NCBI GenBank assembly: GCA_016748015.1
Contig: JAAOMT010000283.1
Coordinates: 66,108 to 130,107, forward strand
DNA: 64,000 nucleotides
Reading direction: 5' to 3'
DNA from: Geosiphon pyriformis uo1
Taxonomy: Eukaryota; Fungi; Glomeromycota
The notes below the pieces were generated by a model. That model was not told the DNA's origin. It saw nothing but the letters and a program-made list of their open reading frames with translations, and made no database searches. Positions 1-10,843 of the stretch are shown piece by piece. The stretch's first letter is position 1, and the number at the start of each line of letters is the position of its first letter. A program made the position numbers and the translations under genes.

Positions 1-254
1 TTGTCATCCTCCTGATAATTCCCATTCTTTTCCACGGAATCAGAAGAAATAATTTCAATAGGATTCGAATAATTTTTCGTAACTAAATCAATGCGCTTTT
101 CACGATCCCAAATGATCTTATTAGTTTGTACTGCTTTATAATAACGAACTCGATGGAACTGTAAATGTAAAGTTTGATTGGACGAAACTGAAATTAGACA
201 AAAAAAAGTAACAAAAAATAAAACCATTCCAATTATAACTTGCCGGGATTTCAT
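1..254 (-). CDS. 5' part of a putative secreted protein gene (runs off the window)
   Basis: Manual translation from ATG at 254: MKSRQVIIGMVLFFVTFFCLISVSSNQTLHLQFHRVRYYKAVQTNKIIWDREKRIDLVTKNYSNPIEIISSDSVEKNGNYQEDD, open to the window edge. Basic N-terminus plus hydrophobic core (signal peptide) and a KR dibasic site. Not in the ORF track because its stop lies outside the window. Confidence 0.6.
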   Translation of the reverse strand, partial: MKSRQVIIGMVLFFVTFFCLISVSSNQTLHLQFHRVRYYKAVQTNKIIWDREKRIDLVTKNYSNPIEIISSDSVEKNGNYQEDD

Positions 255-651
255 CTGCTTCAAATTCCTTTCTAGATGTCTCGATTACACCCAAAAATCT
301 CTGCGGATTAAATTATTCATTTATCAATATCTAAATTCTTTTTTTATTAAACCCTATTTCGCTTACATCTTCATAACCGATCAAAAATTCTCCACCAGGT
401 ACACAGTCAAAGTTCCATAAAAGACGGTTATAAATTTCATGGGCTGGTTTTAAATGTTTGTATACCTATATATTGAAAGTAGTTTATAGTAGGTTACCTA
501 TAACAAAACTTAGTGTTTTGTGTCTGTTGTGTAATGACATTGAATTTTTAGATTATGCTTTTGTTTGCAAATCAGATGCATTTCTGCATTAAGTTTTAGA
601 TGCTTATTTTTTGCATTGGATTTTTTTAATTAATACATGTGTTACATTATT

Positions 652-959
652 NNNNNNNNNNNNNNNNNNNNNNNNNNNNNNNNNNNNNNNNNNNNNNNNN
701 NNNNNNNNNNNNNNNNNNNNNNNNNNNNNNNNNNNNNNNNNNNNNNNNNNNNNNNNNNNNNNNNNNNNNNNNNNNNNNNNNNNNNNNNNNNNNNNNNNNN
801 NNNNNNNNNNNNNNNNNNNNNNNNNNNNNNNNNNNNNNNNNNNNNNNNNNNNNNNNNNNNNNNNNNNNNNNNNNNNNNNNNNNNNNNNNNNNNNNNNNNN
901 NNNNNNNNNNNNNNNNNNNNNNNNNNNNNNNNNNNNNNNNNNNNNNNNNNNNNNNNNNN
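652..959. other. Assembly gap (N run)
   Basis: Run of N. Confidence 1.
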
Positions 960-1479
960 TAAAGAAAAATAATTTAATATTTGTATTTAATATCATTTTT
1001 TTTTCTTGGTAATTTACTTAATATTTTGTCTAATAATATAATACATTTGCTTGATATAATTAAAATATTTAAAATAAGTTTTGGCTTGTATTTATATAAT
1101 TTATTTATTTTTAATATTAATAATAAAATTATAATTCAAATAAATATATAATGTAATTTTAATTAATTTAAGTAATTAATTATATATAATAAATACATAA
1201 ATTATATTTAATTTAAAGTACTTAGTTTGTTATATTATATTAAATAAAAATTAGGTTTTATTTATTATTGTTATAATTTTAAAACTAATTATTAATACAA
1301 ATAATTTTTTTAAAAAAAGATTTTATACTTATAATTAATATTTAAAATATTGAACTTTTGTATAATATACACAACTTTTTTTTAAATAAAAAAAACAATT
1401 AAGATATTTATTTTAACAAAAAAAATAAGTTTAGTTATTTTTTTTTTATTATTAAATATATTATAAGTAAATTCCTCCT

Positions 1480-1818
1480 TCAATCTCGTTTTAAAGTATT
1501 CAAAATATTTTCTATAATAGGTAGATGGACTCTGTTTCGAGCACTACGTGATGGAAAGGCAATGATGTCAAAATTACATGTCAAGATTGCGGGTATTTGT
1601 GATTGTTTTTGGGCGATGTCCCTAATTTGAACCAATATGAAGGAAATATTGTTTTCATGAAGAGGATTATTATTACCTACCGAACCAGAAATTAAAGGCT
1701 CTTTCTGCTGGGCGTGTAATTTATGGAAGTAAAATGTGTAAGCCTCGCCTAATGACATCTTGGAAAAATTAACATATTGATTTAACCTTGTCGAGAGCTC
1801 AGGAATGACATAAATCAT
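1480..1818 (-). pseudogene. Possible gene fragment of unknown function
   Basis: 112-aa ORF in CpG-retaining, gene-like composition; no recognisable motif. Confidence 0.25.
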
Positions 1819-4336
1819 TAAAGGTAGTTGATAAAGGATTCCTATTCTTCTAGCGAATATAACTATTGCAAGAAGCTTAGGTGCGATTTCAAGACTATTA
1901 AAGTAACATCAGGGATTTCAACACTAATTGCAATTTTGGTGTTTTGTAAGGAAACGCTTTTTGATTTGATTTATTGCGTTATTTGGACCGATTATTCCTT
2001 TTTCTGTAAGCGAGAAATGAATTTAACGTGAGGAAATGTTTACTTCTTCAAAGAGATGCAATAAGTTATAATCACCTTTAGCGTATGTGTGTGATCCAGC
2101 CTTACAGTTGGCAAAGAAACCCCGTTTAAATTGATTCTCTAAAACATTTGGCCTTTCTAACAGCCCCATCAAATAGTCCCCCTGCTCGCTTGATAATGTT
2201 CTAAAAATATCAAGTATCATTAAATATCGGAACAGGCCAGAGTAAAAATAAACAAAAAAAAGAGGAAGCATGTAATACCCTGTGCGTAATAAAAGCTTTG
2301 CAAAGTTGAACAACTTCTACATCAGTATCAGATTCAGGAAGATCCTCAGAAGCCCACTCCCAAAATGCGAAAATGTCCCCGTTGACTTTAAGTAGCATAT
2401 AAAACCGGATACGCATGCCAATTATTTGGAAAAATGAGACTGGAATCTCATTAAGGGCCTTCCTGAGGATTGGGGGTAGGGGGTTGAAGCCAGTTTGTTG
2501 AACAAGTTCAGTCTGGAACCGGATATGCTGTGCGCGAGCCACTTTTATGATATCGACGAAATTTGTTTTTGCCTTATCATGATGATCGTGGTACTTTGGT
2601 CCTGTGTTTTCACCTACACCGCCTTCTCGGTTGCGGTTCTGCCGAGAAAGATGTTAGTAAAATCCAAATGAATTTGAAAACAGAAATCAACCTACCAGAA
2701 AGATGAAATCGCACGCTTTCCCAGAACGTATGCAGTTCGAACGAGACATTTTTTCTTCATGGTCTGCGTCCGAGTGGTTTTCTCTACTAAAAAAGAATAT
2801 TGAACCTCTATTAGCAGAAGCAGCGTTTTCAATTATATATAATAACAAAATCTTATTGATTGTCCTTCGCAGTTTCAATAACATGCTGAGAAAGGGTTTT
2901 GTGGACGAGGAGAATTTGTAGCGCATATTAATTCTTGCAGTGAGATCTATACAATGAATTTCTTACTATATAAACATGGTCCAATATCCGCCATACACCC
3001 GTACCCATGTATCACTTAAGTACAGTCAATTATATTGTATGTCAGACGTTAGTGTAAGGGAACCAAAATAAAAAAAAGAAGGAATAAACCTTACACATCC
3101 ATTAGACATCTTGCAATATAGCCTGTGTCATCGTCATCTATTTCGATTTTTTTCAATAACAGTTGAACTTCCTCTATGGCATTATCTTCCTCTTTGTCAT
3201 TTAACTGATACCCTTTTGCAAGCAACGAGCACAAACCGCTCAGACCGCGTGCCATAAATTCTTTTCCTAACGTTTTAAGGCTGCCGACTTCTGCATCCAG
3301 GAGGGCCGCAGCAGAAGGGTTTATTCGAGCCCTTTCTTCTTTAAAGATACGGCGGGCCATTTCACGGACTTCTTACACGGTATCAGCGGGTAGGAATGTT
3401 TCTGCTCGAGGCAGATCAGGACAAGGCGCTACATTCTCCTTGCGCAAGTCCAGGACACCTCACCAAAAAGGACTAAAGTATGTGAGGTATTAATATGATA
3501 ACTTCATGAATGCAAATATCCAAAAGCAGACCCCTCTGCGTGTCCTGCACTGTTGTCATCTCCCAGCATTTTCCATTGCTGCATGACACCTGAATACTGT
3601 TGTAATATAGGGTTCAGAGTCTGCCTTTATTGTTAGAGGAAGCAAATATTCCCAGTTGCATATGCAACATTGCAATCAGCTTCTCTAACATGATCTTAGC
3701 CTAAATGAAACAGAAGGTAACTCACTTCGTTGCGACATTACTGTCATGCTTTTTCACCACCTCATCCTTATCAAATACCAAAAACGGGTTATTAGCAGTG
3801 TCTTCCATCGGTTCACTGGTTGAGTCCTGGGTATCCAGAAGGAAAGTGAACTTGTTAAGCAAAAAATCGCATATTTTGAATACATGTGATAGCACATGCC
3901 AACCTTTGCTAAGCGTTTCGAAGAATTTGGTTCAAGGCTGTCTGAATAACGCTTTCCAACTCTGCCGTGGTAGATTTTACATATGTCGTCATCTACTGGG
4001 TCACCTCGGTGGCCACGGTCAGGTCATAATTGTTCTATTCGTAATGAAAAAAAACCAGTAATTTCTTTGACGAAATTCGCAATCGAAGATCGTAATAAAG
4101 CCATTTTATTGACAACGCCAGGGCATATTATAACCACAAGACAAAAAAAGTTACGAAACTGACCTCACGCTTTTTGATTTCAATATGTAGATTTTCGTTG
4201 ATCGAGCTCCAAAAAACTTCTACCCACGTGGAATTTCGCTCATTCTTTTTTATCAGAAAAATAAACATTAGTGTACGAAGAAATAAAATTTTAGAACCCA
4301 TATCTGATATTCTCCAAAATACAAAAATTAGGCCGT

Positions 4337-6740
4337 ACCATAACACGAGACGAAGTCTGACAACCCAACGGGACGAAGCCATCAAGTTGCGTTATGGCAA
4401 TAAGATAAGTCTATTCAAGACGAAGTCCACTCTCGCCCGCCGAGACGAAGTCAGCAGGCTACTCGAACACCTCTTGATTTGTTGTTATAGCAACAGCGAA
4501 AGCGAAAAGCTTTCAGAGAAACTATATCTGAACCATAACACGAGACGAAGTCTGACAACCCAACGGGACGAAGCCATCAAGTTGCGTTATGGCAATAAGA
4601 TAAGTCTATTCAAGAATGCCCGAGGGAAGACGAAGTCCACTCTCACCCGCCGAGACGAAGTCAGCAGGCTACTCGAACACCTCTCGATTTGTTGTTATAG
4701 CAACAGCGAAAGCGAAAAGCTTTCAGAGAAACTATATCTGAACCATAACACGAGACGAAGTCTGACAACCCAACGGGACGAAGCCATCAAGTTGCGTTAT
4801 GGCAATAAGATAAGTCTATTCAAGAATGCCCGAGGGAAGACGAAGTCCACTCTCACCCGCCGAGACGAAGTCAGCAGGCTACTCGAACACCTCTTGATTT
4901 GTTGTTATAGCAACAGCGAAAGCGAAAAGCTTTCAGAGAAACTATATCTGAACCATAACACGAGACGAAGTCTGACAACCCAACGGGACGAAGCCATCAA
5001 GTTGCGTTATGGCAATAAGATAAGTCTATTCAAGAATGCCCGAGGGAAGACGAAGTCCACTCTCACCCGCCGAGACGAAGTCAGCAGGCTACTCGAACAC
5101 CTCTTGATTTGTTGTTATAGCAACAGCGAAAGCGAAAAGCTTTCAGAGAAACTATATCTGAACCATAACACGAGACGAAGTCTGACAACCCAACGGGACG
5201 AAGCCATCAAGTTGCGTTATGGCAATAAGATAAGTCTATTCAAGACGAAGTCCACTCTCGCCCGCCGAGACGAAGTCAGCAGGCTACTCGAACACCTCTT
5301 GATTTGTTGTTATAGCAACAGCGAAAGCGAAAAGCTTTCAGAGAAACTATATCTGAACCATAACACGAGACGAAGTCNNNNNNNNNNNNNNNNNNNNNNN
5401 NNNNNNNNNNNNNNNNNNNNNNNNNNNNNNNNNNNNNNNNNNNNNNNNNNNNNNNNNNNNNNNNNNNNNNNNNNNNNNNNNNNNNNNNNNNNNNNNNNNN
5501 NNNNNNNNNNNNNNNNNNNNNNNNNNNNNNNNNNNNNNNNNNNNNNNNNNNNNNNNNNNNNNNNNNNNNNNNNNNNNNNNNNNNNNNNNNNNNNNNNNNN
5601 NNNNNNNNNNNNNNNNNNNNNNNNNNNNNNNNNNNNNNNNNNNNNNNNNNNNNNNNNNNNNNNNNNNNNNNNNNNNNNNNNNNNNNNNNNNNNNNNNNNN
5701 NNNNNNNNNNNNNNNNNNNNNNNNNNNNNNNNNNNNNNNNNNNNNNNNNNNNNNNNNNNNNNNNNNNNNNNNNNNNNNNNNNNNNNNNNNNNNNNNNNNN
5801 NNNNNNNNNNNNNNNNNNNNNNNNNNNNNNNNNNNNNNNNNNNNNNNNNNNNNNNNNNNNNNNNNNNNNNNNNNNNNNNNNNNNNNNNNNNNNNNNNNNN
5901 NNNNNNNNNNNNNNNNNNNNNNNNNNNNNNNNNNNNNNNNNNNNNNNNNNNNNNNNNNNNNNNNNNNNNNNNNNNNNNNNNNNNNNNNNNNNNNNNNNNN
6001 NNNNNNNNNNNNNNNNNNNNNNNNNNNNNNNNNNNNNNNNNNNNNNNNNNNNNNNNNNNNNNNNNNNNNNNNNNNNNNNNNNNNNNNNNNNNNNNNNNNN
6101 NNNNNNNNNNNNNNNNNNNNNNNNNNNNNNNNNNNNNNNNNNNNNNNNNNNNNNNNNNNNNNNNNNNNNNNNNNNNNNNNNNNNNNNNNNNNNNNNAAAC
6201 TATATCTGAACCATAACACGAGACGAAGTCTGACAACCCAACGGGACGAAGCCATCAAGTTGCGTTATGGCAATAAGATAAGTCTATTCAAGGATGCCCG
6301 AGGGAAGACGAAGTCCACCCTCACCCGCCAAGACGAAGTCAGCAGGCTACTCGAACACCTCTTGATTTGTTGTTATAGCAACAGCGAAAGCGAAAAGCTT
6401 TCAGAGAAACTATATCTGAACCATAACACGAGACGAAGTCTGACAACCCAACGGGACGAAGCCATCAAGTTGCGTTATGGCAATAAGATAAGTCTATTCA
6501 AGGATGCCCGAGGGAAGACGAAGTCCACCCTCACCCGCCAAGACGAAGTCAGCAGGCTACTCGAACACCTCTTGATTTGTTGTTATAGCAACAGCGAAAG
6601 CGAAAAGCTTTCAGAGAAACTATATCTGAACCATAACACGAGACGAAGTCTGACAACCCAACAGGACGAAGCCATCAAGTTGCGTTATGGCAATAAGTCC
6701 ACTCTCACCCGCCAAGTCGAAGTCAACAGGCTACTCGAGG
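4337..6740 (+). repeat. 210-bp tandem array (195-bp variants), about 12 units including the gap
   Basis: Units start at 4337 (195), 4531, 4741, 4951 (210 each), 5161 (195), 5356, [gap], 6209, 6419 and 6629 (truncated). Near-identical and CpG-rich. Confidence 0.97.
5378..6196. other. Assembly gap inside the tandem array
   Basis: Run of N flanked by array units on both sides. Confidence 1.
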
Positions 6741-7316
6741 GTTGTCAATACGTCACGTAATTGTCCTGAGACCAGAACGTATTCTAGTCTTTGAACCCGC
6801 CCACCCCATACTTCAATCGGTAATACTTAGCTTCATAATTAAGAAGACATCTTTGAGCATGATCGTCTTCAGATAACAAATCCAGAGCACTCTTGTACAG
6901 CCGATGCTCCTTTGCTTTGTCGTATGTGAAATTGTCAACTCCTTTTCTGTAATGAAGAAACGAAAGTAGCGACCAAGCGGAAGAACTCGCGTATTACTTC
7001 TTGAACTGACATTGTCGCGTGGAAACGGTTTTTTTTTGTATACCAGTGTTTACTTTGTCAAATTCTAAGCCACTGGTCAAGATTTTACAAGATTTTGGAT
7101 CTACTGACAAATGACAAACGACATTATTTATTTGAAAAAATCTTTATATATTAAAAAAAGGGAATTGCTAAATCGACCCACCCTCAACACGTGGTATCAT
7201 TTACGTCATAGTTTCGTATTCAACTATATATAGGAACATATTAACGAGTTTATAATCAACGAGCTATAAAATAAACAAGTTTTCTTTTGATTTTACATCT
7301 TTTTATAAAATTAGAT

Positions 7317-8560
7317 ATGATGTTACCACCTCCAGAAACATCATATAGCTCTTGTGAGATGATGATACAAAGTCTTAACACCTTTACATACTCCCAAGAA
7401 TATGTAGTTACAAAACAATGTTCTGCTGCTAATAGTACTCGTATTATCTTCAAATGTGATCAAGGAAATGAATATAATGCTTCTAAAAGACTGTATTAGA
7501 AGATCGACAACGAAAAACAGCAACTCAATTAACAAACTGCCCTTTTTCTGTATATGGATGATTACTCAAAGCTGATCAACGCTGGCATTTAATAGTTCGC
7601 AATGCTGAACATAATCATGAGCCATCTGATAATATTGCTGGACATCCTGCTGCTCAATGACTTAAATCCAAACAGAAAGTATTAGTTTCACAAATGTTAA
7701 GTACAGGCATTGCACCAAAGGCAATTTTAACAGCATTATGACAGGAAGATCTTGAACAACATGCAATTTCAAAGACTATTTATAATGAACAGGCACATCT
7801 TCGAAAAATAAAGCTTGCTAATCGTTCATCTATACTGGCATTCTTGGAAACACTTAAAGAGGCCAATTATCAATATGATTATGTTTGTAATATTGCCAAT
7901 GAAGTTACACATTTGTTTTATGCACATTTTGGATGTATTGCTCTTGTTTAAAGATATCCATATACTGTTTTAATGGATTGCACATATAAAACAAATCGAT
8001 TTCGGATGTCTATGCTTCATATTATTGGCATAAATAGTTTCAATACATTTTTTATAATTGCTGTTGCTTTTATTTGTAAAGAAACACAAACATATTATTA
8101 ATGGGCTTTTAAAGTGAGTTGCAAAGCTTTATACACATATTAAGCCAATTATTATTACTACAAACCAACAATATACATTAATGCATGTACTTTCTTTTAC
8201 TTTTTCTACATTTACACATTTACTTTGTATTTAACATATTTAAAAGAATATACTTGCCAATTGTAAAAAGTACTTTGCAAATAGAGATGACTAGAACAAT
8301 TTTTATTTAGAATGAACTAATATTATTTAATCTGTATTAACAAAAGTATTTAATATCAAATAAAACATATTAAGCTATAAGTATTTAGCAATTTTAGCTT
8401 TAACAAATTATCTATTAACAATTTGAATTTCATACAAAAAGAAATTTGTTGCTGCTTAGACTAATAAAAATATGTACTTTGGTAATATTAATTTATTATA
8501 AATAGAAAATTAACATACTTAATTAAAAAACTATCTTAAAGTTTTAACAAAAAATTTAAT
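7317..8560 (+). mobile_element. Decayed Mutator-like (MULE) transposase with a FAR1-type N-terminal domain
   Basis: Translation through stops gives FKCDQG...TQLTNCPF...RWHL..RNAEHNH (FAR1/WRKY-GCM1 type), then LMDCTYKTNRFRM...IIGINSFN...AFICKET (MULE DDE core). Multiple stops; the 3' limit is approximate. Confidence 0.88.
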
Positions 8561-9569
8561 TATGAATATTATATGTCTTTGAAAATAAGATTAAAAAAAT
8601 TAAAACACAACAAAGTATTAATTAAATTACTAAAACAAAAAATGCAAATAAATAAAATATAATAAAAATATTAAGAACAATTTTTTATTTTCTTAAAAAA
8701 CTGCAAGCAAATAATTTAAAAACTTAACTAATTCTTTTCAAATTAATTAGTTTTTAAAACTGCTTTTTTTAAACAGTTTATAAACAATAATACTTAAATT
8801 ACTCTTTAAAACTACTTTTAAAACATTAAACAAAAACCATTTAAATTTGTTATAACTTATATTAAAAAGTTTAACAAATTTCTTCAAAGAATTTATCAGC
8901 TTAAAACAAATATTTATTATTCTAATATTCAAATATTGGATCAATTTATTGCTAATCTAAAAAATAAATTAATCAAAAAAATTTATCTATATGCTTTAAC
9001 AAATTTAGTCACTGTTATTTAACATGCTAAAAACTATAAAACAACTATAAAAGAAGCAAATTACATTAAATTTATTAACTTTGTAATTAAAAAAACCAGT
9101 TTAACAGCTAAAAAAAAATTAATCAACTTATCAAAAAAGTTGAAATATATTTTGTTAGCCAATAATAAAACCAAGAAAATTTATTATTTAGCAATTAATT
9201 TTAATAATCAAACTGTTATTATTGTAAAATTTTTAGATATTGAAAATAAAATTACAAAAAATGCAAAAAAACTAACAAAAACAGAAAAATTACTATTATT
9301 TTCTTTAATAACAGCAATTTTTATTAATTATTATATAAAAACATCTTGCTTATTTATTAATAATTTATTAATTTTGAGAAAAACTATCATAAATAAACAG
9401 TTTTTGTATTTAGTTTTGTATTAAAAAGTGTATATTATAAATAAGATATTATGATTTAAAAAAACTTAAAAAAAAATTTAACTTGTTAATAAACTTTCCA
9501 AATAAGACTATTTTTTATTTTTTATTATATAGACTAAAAACATTTATGTAAATACAAACTAAAAACAAA

Positions 9570-10450
9570 GTGGTTTTAATAATTACATTTTTGAATACTA
9601 ATGGTATTTTTGGTTATTTATTTAATTATAAATCTTTAAATTTACAAATTTTAAGTTGGTTTTTTGATTATCTTTTACAAATTAAAAATTAGTTTAGTAA
9701 ATAATTATCTGATTAATGCTATCAAAATATTTTTAAAATGTAATTTTTTTTATAAACAATCTGTTATTGGTATTTTATTTTATTAGTAGTACTTTTATGT
9801 TTTGTATTTTAAACAAATCAATTTTTTTTAATATATATTGTTTTTTAAAAAAATTTGGTATTGTATTTGTTAAACAGCTTTTTAATAAAAAAAAATATGA
9901 TTTTAAATTGAAAAAGTTTTTATTAATAAAAAAAATTAAATTTCAGAAATTCTATTTTTGTATAATTTGAATTAACAACTGGGTTTTTGAATTTTTAAGT
10001 CTTTTTTTATGTTCTATTTACATGTTATTTTGGTTTTTTTTTAATGTTTTGGCTTTAAATATGTTTTTATTTGTAAAGTGTTATTTTATAACTGTTAATT
10101 TAAACATTATAAATATTTATATTAATAAATTTTTAAGAAATTTGGGTATATTTAATGTAAAATATAGTACTACTGTTTATTTTAATAATTTAAATTTGGA
10201 TATAAGAATAAAAATACACAATTTTTTATTCTGGTTAAATTATAAATAATTATGTTAATTCTAAAGTATATTTTTGTTTTTAGTAATATTATAATATATT
10301 CTAATAATTAAACTATACTAAATACTTGTTTATTTGAATTAAGATTAATGATTTTTGATTTTTACAACTAATATTGGTTGAAAAAATATTATATTACAAA
10401 TTTGGTTAAGAAAAAAATCTTAAAATCAAATAGTTTAAAATTAAAAGTTA
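9570..10450 (+). mobile_element. Very decayed LINE ORF2 fragment
   Basis: Residual similarity by eye to the LINE ORF2 segment at ~24800-25750 (e.g. FGIVFVKQLFNKK); extremely AT-rich. Confidence 0.4.
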
Positions 10451-10843
10451 TTTAAATATAATAAATAATAAAATAATTAACAAACAAGCTAATATTATTT
10501 TTAATTTAAGACTAATACTTATTATTAGTATTAATAAAAAATATTTTAAAACTGATAACATTACTGTTTTTAAAAAAATTTCAAATTTATTAATCATGTT
10601 TAATAAGAAATTAAGCTAGATATTATAGTTATATGTAAATTATTATTAAAGAAAATTAATTAAATTAAATTTTTTTTAATTTAACATCTGAATTTTTACA
10701 TAACTATTAGTTATATAAATAGAATTATAATTAATTTGTATTTTTATTTTATTAAGTTTTTGTATTATTACTTATTTATTATTATTTGTAAAAGATTGTA
10801 TAAATTTTTTTTTATTGTTTAATAAGTGCAGTCCAAAAGCCAC

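Larger units (their letters stand above)
4107..6750. mobile_element. Non-autonomous insertion with 10-bp terminal inverted repeats (TATTGACAAC...GTTGTCAATA) carrying a tandem array
   Basis: Perfect inverted decamers at 4107-4116 and 6741-6750 bracket the array; the outer TA may be a TA TSD. It interrupts the minus-strand pseudogene. Confidence 0.6.
2126..7012 (-). pseudogene. Multi-exon pseudogene with a C-terminal PD-(D/E)xK (REase-fold)-like domain, interrupted by the 4107-6750 insertion
   Basis: ATG at 7012 (MSVQEVIREFF, frameshift, then WSLLSFLHYRKGVDNFTYDKAKEHRLYKSALDLL). Further exons lie at ~3930-4040, ~3735-3830 and ~3090-3450 with in-frame stops. A clean GT..CTAAC..CAG intron (2695-2639) joins GKACDFIFL to NRNREGGVGENTGPKYHDHHDKAKTNFVDIIK, a D..E-x-x-x-x-E nuclease-like signature. 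A last intron (~2278-2201) leads to NIIKRAGG...ESI* ending at 2126. Linking the 7012 N-terminus to the downstream exons is inference. Confidence 0.6.

Noticed and set aside
604-1012. ORFs spanning N runs (also 5310-6258)
   Set aside because: Artefacts of translating through gaps.
4337-6740. CRISPR array or hammerhead-ribozyme (retrozyme) array
   Set aside because: Units are fully repeated with no unique spacers; no CTGANGA...GAAA core found on either strand.
8747-10249. K/N/F/I-rich short ORFs
   Set aside because: By-products of extreme AT content in decayed TE sequence.
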